Of a stretch of DNA of 64,000 bases, positions 12,991 to 23,700 are shown piece after piece. Every line of letters starts with the position of its first letter. Within the stretch, counting starts at the first letter, position 1. The notes beneath the pieces are model-generated. The model saw only the letters and a list, made by a program, of their open reading frames with translations, did no database searches and was not told the DNA's origin. Source of the DNA: Scyliorhinus canicula (taxonomy: Eukaryota); contig NC_052154.1 in NCBI RefSeq assembly GCF_902713615.1, positions 91,705,030-91,769,029 of the forward strand, in the 5' to 3' direction. The translations under genes and the position numbers were made by a program.

Positions 12991-14372
12991 GGTGTAATGT
13001 GTATGTGCAGCTGCAGTTTCTCGGCATCCCGAGTGTCAATCACGGACCTGGTGAATCCCGCACTGTTTTTCATTGGAATCGATTGTGATCCATGAGGCAC
13101 CGATGCTAGCCCTTTAATAGTAGCAGAATCAGTGCAGGTGCAGCACCGATATTTCTGTCGCAAAATCCCATGGATTCTCCATTGACGTGAACATTTTGTT
13201 TCAGAAACGGAGAATCCAGCCCTGCGTCTTTGAGAGGAAAATATTTTCAATCTGTTGTGGTACTAACTGTCAGATGGATCAAGCCTCCATATCTCGGGTT
13301 AGAGATGGAACCCGCCTGTCCTGATGCTGAATGAAGAATTACTACCTTCCCCATTACGGTGCTGGCCATTATACTGTTCAGTCTCTTTGATATTCCGCTC
13401 TGGATTCAGCTGTCTGCCTCACTCAAATTATTTGCCTTCCGAAGTTATAATTTGTATAACCCCCCTGATATCTGTTAAACAATGTTTATAATACGGCCAT
13501 TCGCACCTCAGCCTTAGGCTCTTGGTAATCTTGTTACTTTTCTGTTATCTTATTTCAATCTCAAATTGACTAGTAATTTCGTTAACTTCCCATTTTCTGG
13601 ACACCTTGTTCCAATTTCATTTGATTTTAAGACGAAACGATAATCTGATAGAGGCTATTTACTTCATAAAAGACATAAAAGTGTAGGCATGAAGTAGATA
13701 TTTGTACACATGGACGAAAAAATAACTCAAATCCATAAATATAAGATGGATACTATTCCAGGCCCGAGGAACCTCTTTATGGAGAGAGTTTCTATGACGT
13801 GCAATTTGTCACCACAATTAATAGCTGGCACCAGATGCAGTGAGCCGGAAGCTCGAAAGAATACGAGGTAGAAATAAAGATCAGGATGGTCTTGAGGTTT
13901 GGTGCAGAACGCTGGGAGGAAACTTGTGCGAAGCCTAAACACTGGATCAGACTGATGCAGAACGCTAGGAGGAAATTTGTGTGGAGCATAAAGCTGGATT
14001 GGACCTTTTGTTTCTCTTCTATAAAATATTATGTACGTTCAAATGTTAAAACATCTGCCAAAGCGATCCAACCAGATAGTCTTATTGTATGCCTTCAAAC
14101 CACACTCGCGTCCACAGTTTCCTTCGTTCTAATTTGAAGGCTGTGATAATGAAAACAGTATTTCCATTTTTACAAGAATTGGTGATTTCAAGAATATGCA
14201 CCAGTCATTATGATAGAATCTTACTGCAATCACATCTCCTTCTCCATCCACCCCGTTCCAATCAATTGAAATACAGTCTGCACTCAGCCTGCTGCGGAAA
14301 GTTTGTATAACGATTGGGCCATAGGACGGCCAGCCCACGCGTATCTGCAACATTACTGGATATTGGTGGTGC

Positions 14373-14522
14373 TCACGCAATCCAGGATCTTTCGCTTGGT
14401 TTTTTTATGTTGACCACTGCGTACACCACTCGACTTTTACCCGCTTTCCTACTTGCCCCAGTTTGGACATCGGTGACATCCAACGACGCATAAATCAGGT
14501 TACCGTCAATTCCGTGCTTTAT
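14373..14522 (-). CDS. Duplicated terminal ITIM exon (module C)
   Basis: 150 nt, IKHGIDGNLIYASLDVTDVQTGASRKAGKSRVVYAVVNIKKPSERSWIA*, frame open. Confidence 0.7.
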   Translation of the reverse strand: MKHGIDGNLIYASLDVTDVQTGASRKAGKSRVVYAVVNIKKPSERSWIA

Positions 14523-14660
14523 CTGTGAAAATAACAATGGCATTTCAGTAGCAGCTGTTACTCAGATTAATTATTTAAATGTTTGATTGCATATTACTGA
14601 GATCAGAGTTGTGTCAGGGCGGCCCTGGTTGGAATGGATTTTTATATTACTTGGTCGTAC

Positions 14661-14771
14661 CTGAGCATATTCGGTGCTCTTTTTCTCTTGTCCCGGTTTC
14701 CCAGTTTCCCTCTGTTCTCTGAAGTTGATATCAGCGTATATTGGATTCCTCGTCTTTGTTCCGTGCAAACT
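14661..14771 (-). CDS. Duplicated cytoplasmic exon 2 (module C)
   Basis: 111 nt, SLHGTKTRNPIYADINFREQRETGKPGQEKKSTEYAQ, splice sites intact. Confidence 0.7.
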
Positions 14772-15149
14772 CTGGGGAGGGAGTTTGAAGAAATACTGCT
14801 AATATATTTAATCCCAAAAATGAAAGGGCAAAAACCCCCCAAATAATACTTAGATCGAGTGAGTTTAATTCCTCCCGTAGATCAGGCATGTAAGTAACTT
14901 TACCCCTCTTATAATAGTCTTAGAAAGGATATCCAGGACAACTCCTTCTCAAATGGTGTCATTTATCTGAATATTCGTTCACAATCTGTGTTGACAGGAC
15001 TCATGCTGCTGGAATGGCCACGGACTTGCGCATGCGTTACTGAACAGTGAATGTATTTATTAATTTATTTAATTAATTTATTGTCACTCGTATCCAGCTC
15101 CAGTGAAAAGTAGTTTTCTGCTCAGAGTCCACGCAGATCGCTCCATACA

Positions 15150-15765
15150 TGAAAACATACAACAGCAGGGGGATTGAGTTTCGGAGTCACAAGGTGATGC
15201 TGCAGATGGACATATCTCTGGTGCGGCCGCTCCTGGAGAACTGCGTGCAGTTCTGGTCACGACATTATAGGAAGGATGTGGAAACTTTGGAAAGGGTTCA
15301 GAGGAGATTTGCTAGGATGTTGCCTGGTATGGAGGGACGGTCTTACCAGGAGAGGCTCTGGGACTTGAGGTTGTTTTCGTTAGAGAGGAGAAGGCTGAGA
15401 GGTGACTTAATATAGACATATAAGATAGCCAGAGGGTTAGATAGGGTGGACAGTGAGAGTCTCTTTCCACCGATGGTGATGACCAACACGAGGGGACATA
15501 GCTTTAAATTGAGGGGTAGTAGATATAGTACAGATGTCAGAGGCAGTTTCTTTACTCAGAGAGTAGTAGGGGTGTGGAACGCCCTGCCTGCACAAGTAGT
15601 AGACTCCCCAACTTTAAGGGCATTTAATGGTCACTGGATAGACATATGGATGAAAATGGAATTGTTTAGGTCAGATAGGCTTCAGATGGTTTCACAGGTC
15701 GGCGCAACGTCGTGGGCCGAAGGGTCCGTACTGCGCTGTAATGTTCTATGTTCTATACTATAATA
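15150..15765 (+). mobile_element. CR1 3' fragment (proximal homologue split into 31668-31882 and 34060-34455)
   Basis: GIEFRSHKVMLQ...LFSLERRRLRGDLI; tail gttctatgttctat. Confidence 0.9.
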
Positions 15766-16366
15766 ACGGTTATAAAATATATAGCAAGGGAATCTGGCGG
15801 TGAGAGCTCACTGAGAGTCGCTACGCTTCGGCGCCATCTGAGACGACAGAAAAATCCAGCCATAGCCTGTTGTATTCTTTTGGCCTTTTTGATCTTAGTC
15901 CGAGATCACCGCATTTCTGTATTTGATTATTTGAGAAGGTCACATTTTCTGCAGTGGACCTGGGACCAGTAAAGTGTCGTTGCATCTGTCAGCGAACAAC
16001 GCTGCGCAGCACTCAAGGTTGTTGCAATGGCCATTGGAAAGGATATCGGTTGATCAGAGAATGGACCTGGCTGTGTCTCCTCAGAGGAGTGATTGAGCTC
16101 TCAACCGGCATTAAAAAACGCCAACAGCAGCAATGCAGTCAAGGAGGCGATCTTAGATTCGGGTATCATTTTTGTTCTGACTGGTCATCGACTACACTTC
16201 ATATTAGAGGAAGGCATTGAGGATACAATCAACTCAGGTTTTTTTTTGGCCACGTGTTCCTTTCGCAGCAGCACTCTGTCCCAAACATGTCAGCATAACT
16301 ACCGTGTAAGTGTTCATTGAATTGAAATAGCAGCCTATTTCGCAATCGCATTCCCCTGAAACTGAC

Positions 16367-16410
16367 CTGTTCATCAAACTGGTCGGTCATGTCTTCCATA
16401 ATCGCCCGGT
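16367..16410 (-). CDS. Duplicated cytoplasmic exon 1 (module C)
   Basis: 44 nt, (D)RAIMEDMTDQFDEQ, same AG and GTCAGT sites as module A. Confidence 0.65.
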
Positions 16411-17157
16411 CTATCAGAAAAAAATGAAATTACGTTCATGATCAAGTTCATCAGGTGCCCGCCAGAAAATACTCAATATTCGAGTATTGTGACCGGACTC
16501 ATCATCAGCAGAACCCTAGCATCCGCTCCCACTGGTGGATGAGATGGGGACCGCGCTCCAACAGAACGCGCAGTGTTACATGCAAAACAAAATGCCGCAC
16601 GTGCTTGAAATGTGAAATAAAAACACAAAATGCTGAAAACATTTGGATTTATTTCAAAGGAGTTTCTCTCTTCATACCGTCTGTCAGAACCAACATAGGT
16701 TAGGCTTTATATGTGGAGGTAAAAATAGTTACCGTTGCAGATCCGGCTTCTCACCCAATGTCATCGACCTAAAACTTTAACTCTCCTTTATCTCGACAGA
16801 TACCATCGGACCTTTCGAATTTATCCAGCTTTTTTTAACTTTGAATAGTCCGTTTTGAATTATAAATTCTGGATGAAGATTTCTGCATAGGGTTTCTGCT
16901 CCTCCAAGCTCAGTGCAATGTTTGCGGCATGTTATGTATATAATTCGCATCATCACCTTCAGTCATAGCCAAGAACAAAAGCAAGAACTGTTCGTAGCTA
17001 CTGAACCTATTTGGATGTGTATTTCCAATTTAGATCCTGTCCTCGTCAGAACACTGGGTCCCAACAGGGCAAACTCTCTGACAGCAATAGACACTGCTCT
17101 CGAAATCTGGATCCCAGTCAGCACCATTTAAACTTGCCCATGCCATAGTATTACATT

Positions 17158-17307
17158 AAGAAGTCTTACAACACCAGGTTAAAGTCCAACAGGTTTGTTT
17201 CAAACACTGGCTTTCGGAGCACTGCTCCTTCCTCTGGTGAATCTTTAACCTGGTGTTGGAAGACTTCTTACTGTACTCATCCCAGTTCAACGCCGGCATC
17301 TCCACAG
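17158..17307. mobile_element. 150-bp Penelope-derived short element with degenerate minimal hammerhead motif
   Basis: Self-complementary arms (acaacaccaggttaaag / ctttaacctggtgttg); 14-bp TSD-like catag(t/c)attacatt at 17144-17157 and 17308-17321. Confidence 0.65.
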
Positions 17308-17371
17308 CATAGCATTACATTGCATCTGGACGGAAGATGCCTGTTGTGAATCAGGAAGTGTCACATCTTAC

Positions 17372-17488
17372 CATCAGATTTGCATGGCATTACGAGAATC
17401 GTCAGTGTCACCATCATCACTAACATGATTAATCCGCCTGCTGCAAAGCCAACCAGAAGGGCAGAGGGGAAATTCTCTTCTGGCTTAT
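17372..17488 (-). CDS. Duplicated TM exon (distal module C)
   Basis: 117 nt with 2 differences from 36335-36451 and intact splice sites. Encodes DKPEENFPSALLVGFAAGGLIMLVMMVTLTILVMPCKSD. Expression unknown. Confidence 0.7.
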
Positions 17489-18092
17489 CTAAACGAGACA
17501 GAAAAAGTGCAATAGTAACATTTTAATGGGATTATGATACTAAAACAATTAAGCAACAAAGGTAAACAGGCCGCACCGACATAGTAAAGGAGGGACGAAG
17601 GCGCCTTCCAGTTTCTTTCTCCGCGAAGCTCAAGAGTGCCAGTTTTAAACAATGAAAGTCCATCACAGATTAAAACACATACCATCCATTTGTGATAAAA
17701 TCCGTTGTTTATTCAGATTTTAAGTCATATTTTACTCGATGATTGTACAACTTTGTCCATAATGCGCAATAATGGATTCGCCTACTTCTTATGGTTCCCC
17801 AAAGCTTCCAAATAGACCAAACATAACTTGTGCCAATTACAGAAAAGTAGCTGTTGGAACATTCATTGTTGGAAAATTGCTCTCAGAATTCAAGAAACGA
17901 GTTTCAAATAATGAATTGACCATTAGATACACCATATTAGATCCCATCTGCAAGATGACTAAATGATGGTATCTGAAATTATTGCCGAAACAGAAAGGCA
18001 TGCACGTTTTGTGTGCAAATAACTCATGGTGGCAGGTCAATTGATGTGTTAGAAAATGGTGATTCCTTACTTTAATATTGAAGGAGTTGATT

Positions 18093-18181
18093 TTAATCTG
18101 ATTTAATCATCACTAATCTGATTAACCCGCCTGCTGCAAAGCCAACCAGAAGGGCAGAGGGGAAATTGTCTTCTGGCTTAT
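18093..18181 (-). pseudogene. Truncated third TM exon copy (module B): (D)KPEDNFPSALLVGFAAGGLIRLVMIKSD*
   Basis: Acceptor ttttctgcctcgtttAG is intact and phase 1. The 5' two-thirds match the TM exon, then rearranged sequence gives an in-frame TAA at 18093-18095. Confidence 0.7.
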
Positions 18182-18481
18182 CTAAACGAGGCAGAAAAAG
18201 TGCAATAGTAACATTTTAATGAGATTATGATACTAAAACAATTAAGCAACAAAGGTAAACAGGCCGCACCGACATAGTAAAGTAGGGACGAAGGCGCCTT
18301 CCAGTTTCTTTCTCCGCGAAGCTCAAGAGTGCCGTTATTAAACGATGAAAGTCCATCACAGATTAAAACACGGAGCGGGATCGCCTGTGTTGAACAATGA
18401 CTTACTGTGCCCAGAGTCTGCCATCACATGTCGAAAACCTCGTGATCGACAGGCCACCAGATGACTGGTGGAAGACGCGTG

Positions 18482-20740
18482 GACTCAGCTCCACTTTCCT
18501 GCTCGAACACCATAAGCCTTTATTCCTTTATTCTTCAAAAAACTATTTATCTTTATTTTGAAAACATTCACTGAAGGAGCCTCAACTGCTTTACTGGGCA
18601 GGGAATTCCATAGATTCACAACCCTTTGGGTGAAGAAGTTCCTCCTGAGCTCAGTCCTAAATCTACTTCTCCTTATATTGAGGCTAAGCCCCCAAGTTCT
18701 GCTTTCACCCGCCAGTGGAAACAACCTCCCGCATCTATCCTATCTATTCCCGTCATAATTTTATATGTTTCAATCTATGTGTATATATATATATTCTCAG
18801 TATATTGCTACAACTAGGAAGATGCCGACTACACCAGGAGATGGGAATAATTTTTGTCAATTCTTGGAGGAACCCAATTTAATCCCAATGTCCCCAGGGG
18901 CTGTTTAGCACAGGGCTAAATCGCTGGCTTTGAAAGCAGACCAAGGCAGGCCAGCAGCACGGTTCAATTCCCATGACAGCCTCCCTGAACAGACGCTGGA
19001 ATGTGGCGACTAGGGGCTTTCACAGTAACTTCATTTGAAGCTTACTTGTGACAATAAGCGATTTTCATTTCACTTCCTCCAAAAGTATCTGAAAACAAAT
19101 CATGTTATTTTCTGTGCCGTCAGACGCGGTTTGCCGAGGACAGAAAGGTCATTGAGTAAACAGGGTGGTGGAATAAAACAACCAAAATGTTGAACATCAG
19201 TGTCACACTGACAGTGTAAAAAAAAGTGCTCTAGTCTATACAATGTGTTTTATCTAAACAATATGAAGGGGATCGCATTTCTCACCTCAAAATTGGGATT
19301 TAAAAGTACAATTGAAATATGTTCCAACTGAACGAGTGCTTGTGAGCTTTGATTGTGATCGATGGGGTAAAAAGGCAGATTGTACATTCAGTTGTTTCAA
19401 TGGGAAGGTGCCTTGTGAAGGGTTGGGGGTGTTGTGCACTTAGTGATATATGTATTCAAAATTACACATCCTCGAGACCCACACTTAGTTTATTTGCTTG
19501 TCTCAATAAGCCTTGCACTCCCATCCATTTTATCCGTGACTTTCTCCTTCCATCCAGCCTATCACATGACTTGTCTTTTGCTCTCCCTCCCTTATGCACT
19601 CGTCCTACCGTTTCACTTGTGTAAACTTTGGTACATATCCAGCCTTTGTTCTCGTTCTTATTGTAGTTCATTTGACTGAAATATTAACTCTATTTTTCAA
19701 TCATGGCGCCAAGGACCCGGCTTCAATCCCGGATCCAGTTCATTGTCTGTGTGGAGTTTGCACAATCTCCCCGTGTCTGCTTGGGTCTCACTCCCACAAC
19801 CCAAAGATGTGCGGGGTAGATGGATTGGCCTCGTTAAATTTCCCCTTCATTGGAAAAAATATCTGGTTTTCACTGACTCGATAAAAGTTACCAGGTCAAC
19901 TGAATTATATTGGCATTACCTGTTCTGTTTTAGTCACTAAGACTGATAGGAATAAAATTAACATTGAAAGGTATGAATTGCTTTATTTTACTGAACTGTT
20001 GTTGGATTTGAACTAACGTCTCCTGATCATGATTCCAGAACACTTCGAAGTATGTTTCATCATCACCTTACTATTTTAACAGCCCCAACCCCACTCCACC
20101 CAAACCCCTACATATCCAGTTTGAAGTACATGATCAAGATTCTTTTCACTGAAATCTGCAGTGGTTCATTTAGGGATAAAACAAAAAAATGAAAATCGAA
20201 GAGATAATTCTAAATGCAATTAGGGTGGTGTAGGAAAATTCATAGTGAAGCCTCAGACATTCAGATACATGTTAAAGGCTACAAAAATTAAGTTAGCGAC
20301 AGACCCAACACTTGCAATCATAGATAATGCTGGACAAATTGCAGAAATATTAGATTAGAAAATATTTCAATGTTCATAGTAATTGAATATTTAGACATTT
20401 AACACATTGAATATCAGTTAACCATTGCTGGATAGGTCATTCAGTAGAAATTATTTTGTCGCTTGCCAGTAGGTCCAACTGTTTCAAGGATCTTTACAGC
20501 CAAATAATAATGGAAAAGGGCAAGTTGTCTTCATACACTGACTGACTGATTGCAGTTTGCAGAACCAAACAACCGTCCTTACTTGCATAGAATCCGTACA
20601 ATGCAGAAGGAATCCATGCAGCCCAGTGAACCTGCGCCGACCCCCTGAAAGAGCACCCTCCCCAGGCCAATTCCCCCACCCTATCGCGGTAACCTTACCT
20701 AACCATTTAACACTAACAGGCAATTTAGCATGATCAATTA
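18482..20740. repeat. Third partial copy of the duplicated flank (homologous to 4687-7555 and 21099-23335)
   Basis: Same order of CR1 tail, TA microsatellite, SINE and unique sequence, e.g. cctccaaaagtatctg at about 5279, 19076 and 21690. Confidence 0.93.
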
Positions 20741-23700
20741 AACTTTCCTAACCTTTTTTGGACACTTAGGGCAATTTAGCATGGCCAATCCACCTAACCT
20801 GCACGTGTTTGGACTGTGGGAGGAAAACAAAGCACCCAGTGGAAACCCACGCAGACCTAGAAAGTGCAGACTCCACACAGAGAGTGACCCAGCAGGAATC
20901 GAACCTGGGACCCTGATGATGTGAAGCCACAGTGCTAACCACTATGCTACCGTGCTGCCCGGTTTCTCCTGGTCCGGGGACCCTTCAAAGATGGAGGTAA
21001 TTAGCGCATTAAGAACATAAGAATTAAGTGCTGTAGGAGGCCATCTGGCCCCTATGGCCTGCTCCGCCATTCAATGAGATCATGGCTGATCTTTTGTGGA
21101 CTCAACTCCACTTTCCTGCTCGAACACCATAACCCTTTATTCCTTTACTCTTCAAAAAACTATCTATCTTTATCTTGAAAACATTCAATGAAGGAGCCTG
21201 AACTGCTTTATTGGGCAGGGAATTCCATTGATTCACAACCCTTTGGGTGAAGAAGTTCCTCCTGAGCTCAGTCCTAAATCTACTTCTCCTTATATTGAGG
21301 CTAAGCCCCCAAGTTCTGCTTTCACCCGCCAGTGGAAACAAACTCCCGCATCTATCCTATCTATTCCCGTCATAATTTTATATGTTTCAATCTATGTGTA
21401 TATATATATTCTCAGTATATTGCTAAAACTAGGAAGATGCCGACTACACCAGGAGATGGGAATAATTTCTATCAATTCTTGGAGGAACCCAATTTAATCC
21501 CAATGTCCCCAGGGGTTGTTTAGCACAGGGCTAAATCGCTGGCTTTGAAAGCAGACCAAGGCAGGCCAGCAGCATGGTTAAATTCGCGTAACAGCCTCTC
21601 TGAACAGGCGCCGGAATGTGGTGACTAGGGGCTTTTCACAGTAACTTCATTTGAAGCTTACTTGTGACAATACGCGATTTTCATTTCACATCCTCCAAAA
21701 GTATCTGAAAACAAATCATGTTATTTACTGTGCCATCAGTCGCGTTTTGCCGAGGACAGAAAGGTAATTGAGGAAACGGGGTGGTGGAATAAAACAACCA
21801 AAATGTTGAACATCAGTGTCACACTGACAGTGTAAAAAAAAGTGCTCTACACAATGTGTTTTATCTAAACAATATGAAGGGGATCGCATTTCTAACCTCA
21901 AAATTGGGATTTAAAAGTACAATTGAAATATGTTCCAACTGAACGAGTGCTTGTGAGCTTTGATTGTGATCGATGGGGTAAAAAGGCAGGTTGTACATTC
22001 AGTTGTTTCAATGGGAAGGTGCCTTGTGAAGGGTTGGGGGTGTTGCGCACTTAGTGATATATCACTTCAAAATTGCACATCCTCTGGACCCACACTTACT
22101 TTATTTGGTTGTCTCAATAAGCCTTGCACTATCGTTCATTTTATCCGTGACTCTCTCCTTCCATCCAGCCTATCACATAACTTGTCTTTTGATCTCCCTC
22201 CCTTATGCACTCGTCCTACTTGTGTAAACTTTGGTACATATCCAGCCTTTGTTCTCGTTCTTATTGTAGTTCATTCAACTGAAATATTAACTCTATTTTT
22301 CACTCGTGGCGCCGAGGACCCGGCTTCGATCCCCAATCCGGTTCATTGTCTGTGTGGAGTTTGCACAATCTCCCTGTGTCTGCTTGGGTCTCACTCCCAC
22401 AACCCAAAGATGTGTGGGTAGATGGATTGTCCTCGTTAAATTTCCCCTTCATTGGAAAAAAAAAATCTGGTTTTCATTGACTCGACAAAAGTTACCAAGT
22501 CAACTGAATAATATTGGCATTTCCTGTTCTGTTTTAGTCACTAAGACTGATAGGAATAAAATTAACATTGAAAGGTATGAATTGCTTTATTTTACTGAAC
22601 TGTTGTTGGATTTGAACTAACGTCTCCAGATCATGATTCCAGACCTCTTCGAAATATATTTCATCATCACCTTACTATTTTAACAGCCCCAACCCCACTC
22701 CACCGAAACCCCTACATATTCAGGTTGAAGTACACAATCAAGCTTCTTTTCACTGAAATCTGCAGTGGTTCATTTAGGGATAAAAGAAAAAAATGAAAAT
22801 CGAAGAGATAATTCTAAATGCAATTATGGTGGTGTAGGAAAATTCATAGTGAAGCCTCAGACAGTCAGATACATGTTAAAGGCTACAAAAATTAAGTTAG
22901 CGATAGACCCAACACTTGCAATCACAGATAATGCCAGACAAATTACAGAAATATTAGATCAGAAAATATTTCAATGTTCATAGTAATTGAATATTTAGAC
23001 ATTTAACACGTTGAATATCAGTTAACCGTTGCTGGATAGGTCATTCAGTAGAAATTATTATGTTGTTTGCCAGTAGATCCAGCTGTTTCAAGCCAAATAA
23101 TAATGGAAAAGACCGAGTTGTCTTCATTCACTGACTGACTGATTGCAGTTTGCAGAACCAAACAACCGTCCTTACTTGCATAGAATCCGCACAATGCAGA
23201 AGGAAGCCATGCGGTCCAGTGAACCTGCACCAACCCTCTGAAAGAGCTCCCTACTCAGGCCCATTCCCCCACCCTATTGCAGTAACCTTACCTAACCATT
23301 TAACACTAACAGGCAATTTAGCATGACCAATTAACCTAACTGATAAAACCATTCCGGGCAGCACTGTAGCTCAGTGGTTAGTATAGTTGCTTCACAGCTC
23401 CATGGTCCCAGGTTCGATTCCCGGCTTGGGTCACTGTCTGTGCGGAGTTTGCATGTTTTTCCCGTGTCTGGGTGGGTTTCCTCTGGGTGCTTGGTTTCCT
23501 CCCACAGTCCAATGATGTGCAGGTTAGGTGGATTGGGTGCGCAAAATTGCCGTTAGTGTCCAAAAGAAACAGTTAGGTAGGGTAACGGGAATAGGATGGA
23601 GGTGAGGGGATAAGGCGAAGATAGAGGCTTAGGTAGGACACCCTTCCCAAGAGCTGGTGCAGACTCGATGGGCCAAATGGGGTCCTTCTGCACTGTCAAT

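Larger units (their letters stand above)
4390..18096. repeat. Segmental duplication, distal copy (homologous to about 20750-37059)
   Basis: Colinear near-identical sequence, e.g. 5280~21690, 7980~23760, 13250~29071, 16093~35055, 18096~37059. Offsets change exactly where copy-specific TE insertions occur. Confidence 0.95.

Noticed and set aside
12921-13250. 109-aa ORF nearly identical in both duplicate copies
   Set aside because: Conservation reflects the recent duplication. The C-terminal part is decayed CR1 and the rest has no domain or splice support.
13792-13989. Signal-peptide-like ORF MLHTNFLLAFCISLIQCLG (also 29613-29810) as leader of another receptor
   Set aside because: No GT donor after the hydrophobic part and no V exon downstream. 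The region contains a short internal repeat and lies in the probable 3'UTR/flank.
14129-14380. ORF with C..W spacing resembling an Ig domain
   Set aside because: It starts at the receptor's stop codon in another frame, lacks YxC, and is interrupted by a SINE in the other copy; it is 3'UTR.
16730-16770. Possible extra small cytoplasmic exon (AG...GTAACT)
   Set aside because: It has a stop in the required phase 1; the 44-nt exon at 16367-16410 fits phase and consensus instead.
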